A stretch of DNA of 64,000 nucleotides from Octopus sinensis (Eukaryota): assembly GCF_006345805.1 (NCBI RefSeq), contig NC_043021.1:21762001-21826000 (forward strand), given 5' to 3'. Under the pieces are notes generated by a model. It did no database searches, had not been told where the DNA came from, and worked only from the letters and a program-made list of their open reading frames with translations. Shown one piece after another: positions 1 through 10,250 of this stretch (positions are counted from its first letter, which is position 1; each line of letters begins with the position of its first letter). Made by a program: the position numbers and the translations under genes.

Positions 1-219
1 ATGATAATGATGATAATGATGATGATAGTAATAATGAGAGCAGCAGTGATGATGATGATGGTGGTGGCGCTAGTGGTGTCGGTAATCGTGAATGATAATA
101 ATGGTAATAATGGTGGAAATGATTCTATAAAGATTTGTAGATTCTCGTCTCAGTTTCTTAGTGGAATCCTTATTCAAGCTTTAATTAGATTTAGTGTGTA
201 TATATACTTACATAGATAT

Positions 220-276
<57 letters not shown>

Positions 277-359
277 TCGCACACAAGCACATATATATAC
301 ATATACACACGCACACATATACGTATTTATATGTATGCATATACTTATGTAATACTATT

Positions 360-419
<60 letters not shown>

Positions 420-587
420 GCACACACATATATACTCATATACATACACACACACATGTATATATGCAAAACATATATACACAAGTATATATGTGTAAAT
501 ATATATAATATATATATATATTATATATATATATATACATATAGATGCATATATACATACGTATATGTACCTACTTACATCTATACG

Positions 588-618
<31 letters not shown>

Positions 619-842
619 GTATATATGTATATATATGTATATATATATATGTATATATATATGTATATATATATATTATATATATATGTATATATATATA
701 TGTATATATATATATGTATATATATATATGTATATATATATATGTATATATATATATGTATATATATATATGTATATATGTATATATATATACCCACACA
801 CACACACATATACAATGTCACACACACATACACATGTATGTG
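1..842. repeat. Low-complexity block: degenerate (ATG/ATA)n followed by (TA)n, (CA)n and (TATG/TATA)n microsatellites
   Basis: Directly visible; explains the I/Y/C/V-rich ORFs in the track. Confidence 0.95.
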
Positions 843-1349
843 TGTGAGTCTTTGATTTGATCGGCAGATCAAACATCAATAAACTACAATTGTTCAGAAC
901 ACGTTGCAGTCTGTTATATTATTACCGTTGTTGTTATTAAGAAAAGATTATCATCGTCATCATCATCATCATCATCATCATCATCAGTACCCAATAAGTG
1001 TAGCAGTCTTGAGAGTTGTCTAATATTGTCTAATATGCGAAACTTCAAACTGGCGTCAAAATATTGGTCAGAAAGAAGAGGACAACGATGCGTAAATGTG
1101 ATTTTGTGTGAAGCAGGGTTGCGAGGATAGAAGTGGTAGAGATTGAAACAACGAGCGGGAGCTGTTCCAAGTTCAAATAGCACAATGTCTCATTTTTCCT
1201 TTCTTTCCTCTCTGGGCTTTTGATTTAGCAATTACCTCTGATCTTTTTTGTTCTACTCATGGCCATCCTGTCTTAATCAGGTTTGGCTGTGTGGTTAAGA
1301 AGTCTGCTTTTCTACCATGTGGCTTTGGATTCAGTTCCGCTGCATGCAT

Positions 1350-1540
1350 TCAAAATCCTTGTCCAGTATCGGAACAATCCCAAAATCTAATCAATTCATG
1401 CCAGTCACGAGGCCAAACATCCCTGAAATTTTCATCCAAATTCATCCTGCAGTTCTTGAGATATCTTGCCCATGGACAAACAAACAAACAAATGTCATTG
1501 AAAACAATACCCTTCACTAGGGCAGAGGTAATAATAATAA
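1350..1540 (+). mobile_element. Possible Helentron-associated non-autonomous element end
   Basis: CCAAAATCTAATC...(ACAA)n...ACCTTCACTAGGGCAGAGGT then AAT; resembles the palindromic 3' ends of Helentron/DINE-like elements as I recall them. Confidence 0.35.
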
Positions 1541-1869
1541 TAACAATGGTTTCACATTTTTGTACCCCTACTATAACAGTTTTAGTCTTGTTGAAACCTA
1601 CTCTTTCAACAAAACTGAAACTATTATTGTAGGGGCACAAAATATAGAGGGAGATGACATCATGGTTTTGAGGTCACAAATCATCATCATCATCATCGTT
1701 TAACGTCTGTTTTCCATGCTAGCATGAGTTGGATGGTTCGACCAGGGTCTGGGAAGCCAGGAGGCTGCACTAGGCTCCAGTCCTTGGGCAAGTATCTTCT
1801 TCCATAGCTCAGTCAGATCAACCCCAGTTCATGACTGGTATTTATTGTACTGAGTGTAGAGCAAATGGA

Positions 1870-2072
1870 TGTCAGAGAGGACAAACAAGGACAGACAAAC
1901 GGATTAAGTTGATTATATGGACCCCAGTGCGTAACTGGTACTTATTTAATCGACCCCGAAAGGATGAAAGGCAAAGTCGACTTCGGCGGAATTTGAACTC
2001 AGAATATAACGGCACATGAAATACTGCCAATCATTTTACCTGGTGTGTTAACGATTCTGCCAGCTCACTGTC
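1870..2072 (-). mobile_element. SINE-B copy (tRNA-derived)
   Basis: A-box-like TGGCAGAATCG, B-box GAGTTCAAATTCC and body GTCGACTTTGCCTTTCATCCTTTCGGGGTCG shared with >20 copies in the window. Confidence 0.85.
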
Positions 2073-2184
2073 ACAATATCGAAACATTTCTCATGGCATG
2101 AGCATGAAATTTACAGAAGCTTACCTTTTTTTTATACTTTCCGTGAATTTTTCATAGTTTCAGCTAATAAATATTATAAGTATT

Positions 2185-2376
2185 AAGGCAACTAGCTGGC
2201 AGAATCGTTAGCAACATTTCATCTGTTGCTATGTTCTGAGTTCAAATTTTGCCTTTCATCCTTTTGTGGTCTACGAATTAAGTGTCAGTGAAACACTGGG
2301 GTCGATGTAATCGACTAGTCCCCTCCCCCAAAATTTCAGGCCTTGTGCCTTTAGTAGAAAGGATTATTATTATTAT
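2185..2376 (+). mobile_element. SINE-B variant with (ATT)n tail
   Basis: B head and body, then alternative tail CCCCCAAAATTTCAGGCCTTGTGCC...GAAAGG(ATT)n. Confidence 0.8.
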
Positions 2377-2932
2377 TGTGTGAGAGAGCAGTCCATGCCA
2401 TCAAAGTGACACTGGGGTACAAATATACGAAGCCCAGTATACCCATCATGACTACCCGTCTGATAAGGGTACACCAGGCACATGCATCACAACCATATGC
2501 GTGTGACATGGTGATCTCATATCAAGATAAACAGCACATGACCTTGCAGGTGGAGCCCAGTTAGACTTTTCTTCAGATCGAGTAACCCATCCCGCTCAAA
2601 AGGTCCCTGAATAAGGGTTGTTTAAGTATGTTGAACGAAACACCCATGTTTCCAGAGGTGAATTATTCAAACCCCAAAGAATTCCTTTCAACACATGGCT
2701 ATGATGCTCCCCAACTACTACTGCTCGTGATCAGAGATGCACATATCGTCTGCCACTAAGGGACATGCTCAACTGGTTAAGGTCAAACAACTGACAAGCA
2801 AATCTGTGGTATTGAGCAGAATATTTGCTGTAGCCCATCTTTTATACCAAGACAAAACAATGTACATGATAACACTTGCAATCAGTTAAGATCAGAAGCC
2901 ATGAGAGCCACTGCTTGGTACTGCATCAGGGC

Positions 2933-2935
<3 letters not shown>
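2377..2935 (-). mobile_element. Element-E, full-length, flanked by (TAA)n
   Basis: Colinear with 43442-43995 and 61778-62308, with the same two ends; no long ORF and no tRNA boxes seen. Confidence 0.85.
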
Positions 2936-2974
<39 letters not shown>

Positions 2975-3069
2975 CATCAACATTTTTATTGCTGCTTTAA
3001 TTTATTGTTATACCAATAGGTTTATACATAAAATAAAGTCAAAAGCAGTTAGAGAAAATCTGTTGGCAA

Positions 3070-3296
3070 ATGCATGCATGTGTGTATACATATATGTATA
3101 TATATATATATATATATCAGTGTGTATGTGTGTATATACACAGACACTCATACGCACTCACAAGTATACACACACACAAACATGCAAATGTATACGAATG
3201 TATCAAAATAACAATTTTAAAATTAAATATCAAAATTGTATTAATTTTAGCCTGCAGTTATTATATAAAGCTACCGAAGCAGTTATGTTAATAGCA

Positions 3297-3338
<42 letters not shown>

Positions 3339-3757
3339 GTGTGTGTGTGTGTGTGTTTGTATGTATATCTGTCTATCTATCAATCTACCTATCTCTCTCT
3401 GAATATATATATATATATATATATATTTATATTTGTATGCTTCTATAAGTGTGTATGTATGAGAGAGAGTGAGAGTATGTGGGTGTGTGTGTGTGTGTCT
3501 TTTATTAGTTGTATATATATATTGTGTGTATGCATACATATGCATGTTTGAGTATATACATATATGTGTGTGCGTGAGTGTATGTGTGTGTTTATATTTG
3601 TATATTTATATATATATATAGTTATATATCATATATGTATATTTATATATATATATGTGTGTGTGTCTCTCTCTCCCTCTTTCTGTCTGTCTGTCTCTCT
3701 CCTCTCTATATATATATATATATATAATATTTGTATGTGTGTGTGTGTTTATATTTG

Positions 3758-3805
<48 letters not shown>

Positions 3806-4202
3806 CATATATATGTATATTTGTGTGTGTGTGTATGTATACACATACAAGCAATAAAAAAAAAATTTTTCTGATCCTTAAGCTATTAGAAGAGAAAATC
3901 AAAGAATGTTTTGAAAGAAATAAAGAAAGCGGGGGAGGGGAGAGGTGTTAGGGAATTTTAACAAAGGAAAGACAGGAAGAGCTTGCGAATTGTTGTGAGT
4001 TCAAGGAAAATTGTAAAGCAAGCGTTCACCTCGGAAATAAAGTAATTCGGGAGAAATAATTAGGAAACGAGGTTGGAGAAAAACATGAAAAATATTTAAT
4101 TTCACCTTTTAAAGTGTAATTTAAATTCTGCTGTTTATGTACAATGTGCGTGTGTGTAATTGTGTGTGTGTGCATGTGCATATGAATGTGTATATATATA
4201 TA

Positions 4203-4245
<43 letters not shown>

Positions 4246-4373
4246 GTGTATATGTATGCATATACATCTGTATATATGTAGATGTATATTAGTACATGTG
4301 AATGTAAACATACATATTCATATACACATGTCTCTGTGTATATATATATATATGCATATATATATATCTATTT

Positions 4374-4405
<32 letters not shown>

Positions 4406-4600
4406 ATATGCATACGTAGAATTGTGCATGTGTGTGTATATATATATATATGCATACGTAGATTTGTGCATGTGTGTATATATGTCTATTTGCCTATGTA
4501 TGTGTACGCATGGTTATACATATATACGTACATACATACATGCACAGAGGTTGATGGATAGATATATAGATAGACAGGGAGCTTGCTAGGTAGATAGATA
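3070..4600. repeat. TA/TG/TC microsatellite fields with a unique spacer at about 3860-4140
   Basis: Directly visible. Confidence 0.9.
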
Positions 4601-4788
4601 CATATATATTGGAGTCATTCAATATTTTTCTCTGAAATGCAAATTGTAAGAAAATACTGAATAACTCTCTGTTATTCTCTCTCTGTTTAGTAGTAAATTC
4701 TTTTGAATTGTTCATTTTCTAGTCAAACAATTCTCTACATTATCTCTGTGTGTGTGTGAGTGCAAATATATATATATATATATATATA

Positions 4789-4841
4789 TTTTTCTAGTTT
4801 CAGCTCAGAGCTGCGGCCATACTGATGCACCGCCGCTTAGT
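4789..4841 (-). mobile_element. SINE-A-like 3' tail fused downstream of the 5S copy
   Basis: ACTAAGCGGCGGTGCATCAGTATGGCCGCAGCTCTGAGCTGAAACTAGAAAAA versus SINE-A tail ACTAAAGGCGGTGCTCCAGCATGGCCGCAGTCAAATGACTGAAACAAGTAAAA. Confidence 0.75.
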
Positions 4842-4848
4842 AATGGAA

Positions 4849-4967
4849 TGCTTACAGCACCAAGGTTTCCCAAGCGGTCACCCATCTAAGTACTAACTAG
4901 GCTCGATGTTGCTTAACTTCGGTGACCGGACAAGAACTGGTGCTTTCAACATGATATGGCCGTAAGC
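4849..4967 (-). rRNA. 5S: Dispersed full-length 5S rRNA copy, probably a retro-pseudogene or SINE head
   Basis: Minus strand reads GCTTACGGCCATATCATGTTGAAAGCACCAGTTCTTGTCCGGTCACCGAAGTTAAGCAACATCGAGCCTAGTTAGTACTTAGATGGGTGACCGCTTGGGAAACCTTGGTGCTGTAAGCA; recognisable 5S with box A/C regions, CpG-decay-like changes and no T4 terminator. Confidence 0.92.
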
Positions 4968-5149
4968 CATATATATTTGATAATTATAAGACATAATTAT
5001 AACAAGGGATTGGCTATAAGCCTCTCTGCGCACAGGGAAAATAGATGCCAAAAGACACTCTTACCACCTTAAAATCCCCGAGAATAGCACACTGGGTTGT
5101 AGGTGAGCAAAAGAAAGATAATGAATTAAACTTTAGTTACATATATATG

Positions 5150-5184
<35 letters not shown>

Positions 5185-5624
5185 TTGTATATATATATCT
5201 AGATATATGTTGAGGTTATAAGAGATAATGGTGTCATTGAGACCCAAAGGTTTCAGGTAATGCTGAATAAGTGCTATAGACAGACCATAGTTAAGTTCCA
5301 AATTCGGTAATAGTGCGAATAAAGGGTTCAATGTTGGTTCTATGTCAGCATGTGCATATATGAATTATTTGTGTAACGAGATAAAAAAACCAAGGCTGAA
5401 TAGATATAAGACAAGCTGGTAGAATTATTAGTTCATTAGGCAAAATGTTTTTTACAGCATTTCTACCATCTTTATGATCTGAGATCAAATTCTGCTGAGG
5501 GGCAACTTTGCCTGGGTTGACAAAATAAGCACCAGTTGATTATTGGGGTTCAATGGAATCACATTACCCCTTCCCAGAAATCTGGTGGCCCTGAACCAGG
5601 CTTTGAAATTAATATAGTATATAT

Positions 5625-6015
5625 TCTTTTACTCTTTTACTTGTTTCAGTTATTTGACTGCGGCCACGCTGGAGCACCGCCTTTAGTCGAGCAAATTGAC
5701 CCCGGGACTTATTCTTTGGAAGCCCAGTACTTATTCTATCAGTCTCTTTTGCCGAACCGCTAAGTGACGGGGATGTAAACACACCAGCATCGGTTGTCAA
5801 GCAATGCTAGGCGGACAAACACAGACACACAAACACACACACGCATACATATATATATATACATATATACGACAGGCTTCTTTCAGTTTCCATCTACCAA
5901 ATCCACTCACAAGGCTATAGTAGAAGACACTTACCCAAGATGCCACGCAGTGGGACTAAACCCGGAACCATGTGGTTGGTTAGCAAGCTACTTACCATAC
6001 AGCCACTCCTGCGCC
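5625..6015 (-). mobile_element. SINE-A copy
   Basis: Head GGCGCAGGAGTGGCTGT...GGTTCAGTCCC, internal TA/TG tract, tail ...GACTGAAACAAGTAAAAGAG. Confidence 0.9.
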
Positions 6016-6039
6016 TATATGTATATGCTATATTTTTTT

Positions 6040-6210
6040 CTTTCTCAGTCTTCTCTTCTTTGGACTTTTTCTAAATTTCTGATGAAGAGCTCCGCTCGAA
6101 ACATGAAATCCTCTTTCTTTTTTTTCCATTCCTGAGCGTCCAATAACACTGCACTTATACCATGTCCTTGTATTGTTGCTTTTTCTTGCTTGTTCACGTT
6201 TGGATTGACT
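6040..6210 (+). mobile_element. Penelope-like terminal remnant with degenerate hammerhead motif (6075-6111)
   Basis: ATTT-CTGATGA-A-GAGC TCC GCTC-GAAAC-ATG-AAAT, with a (TA)n tract ~100 nt downstream. Confidence 0.55.
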
Positions 6211-6235
6211 ATATATATATATATATATATATATA

Positions 6236-6397
6236 CTGTTGTGTCTGGGGAGAGTCATTTCTTTCAGTGCCTTATTATTTAACACACTCACCGGTAAAAT
6301 TTCCACTTATTTCTTATTTTTATTTTCTAAACTTTTCGTTGCGTCTTGCAACAAAAATAAGGCACTAAAAGAGAATGACTCTCCCCAGACACAACAG
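6236..6397. mobile_element. MITE with ~41-bp terminal inverted repeats
   Basis: CTGTTGTGTCTGGGGAGAGTCATT...GTGCCTTATT and its reverse complement at the right end; left end abuts (TA)n. Confidence 0.75.
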
Positions 6398-6453
6398 AAT
6401 ATGCTTCAACACACGAACTCAAATAAAGAATCTTGCAAACCAAATCCGAAAAC

Positions 6454-6626
6454 GAAATATATATATATTTTCATTTAGAGATAGCTGGCCCCTTCATCCT
6501 ACCATATAAAAGAATTTTAATTTGAATACTTACTACTTTATAACTTGTAATTAAGTATTTAAATTAAAATTCTTTTATATGGTGGGATGAAGGGGCCAAC
6601 TATCTCTAAATGAAAATATATATTTC
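6454..6626. repeat. Long inverted repeat, ~75-bp arms with a 19-nt spacer
   Basis: 6454-6532 is the reverse complement of 6552-6626 apart from 3 substitutions and a TA-length difference. Confidence 0.9.
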
Positions 6627-6690
6627 TTCATTGAGAATAATTTGAACCCCTGTTATGCCGGAATTTTTATCCCTAAAAAATAAAATTAAA

Positions 6691-7090
6691 GGCGCAGGAG
6701 TAGCTGTGTGGTAAGTAGCTTGCTAACCAACCACATGGTTCCGGGTTCAGTCCCACTGCGTGGCATCTTGGGCAAGTGTCTTCTGCTATAGCCTTGGGCC
6801 GACCAAAGCCTTGTGAGTGGATTTGGTAGACGGAAACTGAAAGAAGCCTGTCGTATATATGCATGTGTGTGTATATGTTTGTGTGTCTGTGTTTGTCACT
6901 CTAGCATTGCTTGACAACCGATGCTGGTGTATTTACGTCCCTGTCACTTAGTTGTTCGGCAAAAGAGACCGATAGAATTAGTATCGGGCTTACAAAGAAT
7001 AAGTCCCGGGGTCGATTTGCTCGACTAAAAAAAGGCGGTGCTCCAGCATGGCCGCAGTCAAATGACTGAAACAAGTAAAAGAGTAAAGAG
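6691..7090 (+). mobile_element. SINE-A copy
   Basis: Full head, body and tail. Confidence 0.9.
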
Positions 7091-7574
7091 TATATATATA
7101 TATATAAATGCTGCTCCTGCCTTCTCTCATGATAGTAGAAACATCCATAGGCTTCAATTGACAAGGAGTCGGCATATGCTAGACATTTTATTGTACATTA
7201 ATCCTCCTCTTTCTACCCTCATAAGATGACTGCACTGACCATTTAGCCTGTCAGCTTCTTTGCTATTACACACAAACACATATCTGTGTGTGTGTCTGTG
7301 TGTCCTCTGAGGTTCAGATGTATGTGTGTCTTATGTTTTGTTACATAATTTTAATAACGTTAAACAAGTTGCTGTTTTTATGGTCTCCTGAAGACTGTTC
7401 CATCTTCTTATTATCTCGGTCGAAGCTGACATCAATGGTCTTCAACCTCCAAAGGTTTAACATATGCAGGATGGTTTTTCAACATCCATAAAACATACAT
7501 TTCGAGCACTTGTAAGATGATTCTTCCAATGTAATCGGCCTTCTTCTTGAGTGTAAGACATAGTCTATAATCAC

Positions 7575-7611
<37 letters not shown>

Positions 7612-7861
7612 TACATACATGTGTGTATAATATATATATAGTATATATATATACACATTATACATACATATAGATATATATATACATATAAATATAATAT
7701 ATATATATATAAATATATATATATAATATAAATATATAAATATATATACACACACTATATATATATATATAAATATAAATATATATATATATACACATAT
7801 ACATACATATATATATATATACATAATACATATAAATATATATATATAGGTATATATATAA

Positions 7862-7921
<60 letters not shown>

Positions 7922-7995
7922 TGTTTGTGTATGTATTTATATATGTATATGTATGTATATATGTATTTTCATCTATATATATGTATATATATATG
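7575..7995. repeat. (TA)n/(CATA)n microsatellite
   Basis: Directly visible. Confidence 0.9.
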
Positions 7996-8197
7996 AATTG
8001 TGTGTCAGAGGAATTCGGTTCATTTATGTTTGTCTTGACACTCTGTCATCAGAAGTGTGAAAAGAGGTCAGATTTATTCAAATTTCGGAGACAATAAACA
8101 GATGTTGAAAAGGATGGACAGAACTGCAAATTCATAAATAAACAAATAAACAAAGAAAGGGAAAAATAAATAAATAAATAAATATATATACATAACT

Positions 8198-8433
8198 GGA
8201 GGCGCAATGGCCCAGTGGTCAGGGCAGTGGACTTGCGGTCGGAGGATCGCGGTTTCGATTCCCAGACCGGGCGTTGTGTGAGTTTATTGAGCGAAAACAC
8301 CTAAAAAGCTCCACGAGGCTCCGGCAGGGGATGGTGGTGATCCCTGCTGTACTCTTTCACCACTCTAAAGGCGGTGCTCCAGCATGGCCGCAGTCAAATG
8401 ACTGAAACAAGTACAAAAAAAAAAAAAAAAAAA
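8198..8433 (+). mobile_element. Chimeric SINE: SINE-C head and body joined to SINE-A tail and poly(A)
   Basis: 8198-8363 matches SINE-C (GGAGGCGCAATGGCCCAGTGG...GGTTTCGATTCCC); 8365 onward matches the SINE-A tail CTAAAGGCGGTGCTCC. Confidence 0.85.
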
Positions 8434-8574
8434 CTCTTTTACTTGTTTCAGTCATTGCCTGTGGCCATGTTGGAGCACCACCTTTAGTTGAGCAAATTGA
8501 CCCCAGGACTTACTCTGGTCTTCAAACATTGCAGGAGTTTACAGAAAATTCCTCTGTCTAATTAGATGTTAGAT

Positions 8575-9605
8575 AAGGCGGCGAGCTGGCAGAAACGTTA
8601 GCACGCCGGGCGAAATGCGTAGCCGTATTTCGTCTGCCGTTACATTCTGAGTTCAAATTGTGCCGAAGTCGACTTTGCCTTTCATCCTTTCGGAGTCGAT
8701 TAAATAAGTACCACTTATGCACTGGGGTCGATATAATCGACTTATCCGTTTGTCTGTCCTTGTTTGTCCTCTCGTTTTAGCCCCTGTGGGGGTAAAAAAA
8801 TAGGTTATTTCATCTGCCGTACGTTCTGAGTTCAAATTCCACCAAGGTCGACTTTGCCTTTCATCCTTTCGGGGTCAATAAATTAAGTACCAGTTACGCA
8901 CTGGGTTCAATGTATTCGACTTAGTCCCTTTGTCTGTCCTTGTTTGTCCCTTCTATGTTTAGCCCCATGTGGGCAATAAAGAAATAAGAAACGTTAGCAT
9001 GCCGGGCGAAATGCGTAGCCGTATTTTGTCTGCCGTTACATTCTGAGTTCAAATTCCGCCGAGGTCGACTTTGCCTTTCATCCTTTCGGGGTCGATTAAA
9101 TAAGTACCAGTTACGCACTGGGGTCGATTTATTCGACTTAATCCGTTTGTCTGTCCTTGTTTGTCTCCTCTGTGTTTAGCCCCTTGTGGGTAGTAAAGAA
9201 ATAGGTATTTCGTCTGCCGTTACGTTCTGAATTCAAATTCCGCCGAAGTCGACTTTGCCTTTCATCCTTTCGGGGTCAATAAATTAAGTACCAGTTACGC
9301 ACTGGGTTCAATGTATTCGACTTAGTCCCTTTGTCTGTCCTTGTTTGTCCCTTCTATGTTTAGCCCCATGTGGGCAATAAAGAAATAAGAAACGTTAGCA
9401 TGCCGGGCGAAATGCGTAGCCGTATTTTGTCTGCCGTTACGTTCTGAGTTCAAATTCCGCCGAGGTCGACTTTGCCTTTCATCCTTTCGGGGTCGATTAA
9501 ATAAGTACCAGTTACGCACTGGGGTCGATCTAATCGACTTAATCCGTTTGTCTGTCCTTGTTTGTCCCCTCTATGTTTAGCCCCTTGTGGCTAGTAAAGA
9601 AATAG
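8575..9605 (+). mobile_element. SINE-B pentamer with TSD
   Basis: Five head-to-tail units; TAGATGTTAGA at 8563-8573 and 9603-9613; ~401-bp higher-order duplication. Confidence 0.9.
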
Positions 9606-10250
9606 ATGTTAGAATGAAACAACGGCACAGAGCAAAAATGGGGCAGTTTTGCAAATTAAGGAACTTGTAAACTGCATCAGATTTAATGTGGTATTTCAGC
9701 TGGCATAGAGCAATGACCATTTTAGCTGGCAAATCAAATCCACACTGATCTCACACACACACACACACACGCGCGCGCACACACGTGCACACTCACATAC
9801 ACACTCGCTGTCGTTTCAGTTCACTAATAGTACATGTGTACATAATTTCATTTATCTTTACACGTACTCATTTTCTGGCACCTTCAGGCAAGCATAATGG
9901 TTTTACTTCACTAGAAAATGTAAAGTGTTGTTGGCATCTATGTACTTTTGAAAACACTTGCAGATCAATTAGTGCTTTTTCACACCTTAATTCACAGGTC
10001 AGCGGAAGTGATTCGTTTGACACCTGCATCACATGTAGACTGATCACTGATTTGCTTAATGACAATTTACAGAGGAAGATTTTAAGCCAACTGTTTTTCA
10101 TTTATTTCTCTACTTAGGTGATTGTGATTACAAAAAGACTTTGCCAGTATATTACACTTGTAGTACGAATGTGACAATTCTTTTCACTTTGACAAAATGG
10201 GATAATAATATCCTACTCCTTTCAGCAGATATTGTTGATGCTGGCTGTCT

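Noticed and set aside
1-880. Long I/Y/C/V/H/T-rich ORFs here and throughout the ORF track
   Set aside because: They are translations of (TA)n, (TG)n and (CA)n microsatellites, open in many frames on both strands.
6691-6760. tRNA genes at SINE heads
   Set aside because: A/B boxes are present, but there is no complete cloverleaf or terminator and each head continues into a SINE body.
8921-9519. Recurrent peptide RNWYLFNRPRKDERQSRPRRNLNSE, and GTYSL / PRCHAVGLNPEPCGW peptides elsewhere
   Set aside because: These are antisense or off-frame translations of SINE-B and SINE-A, not a gene family.
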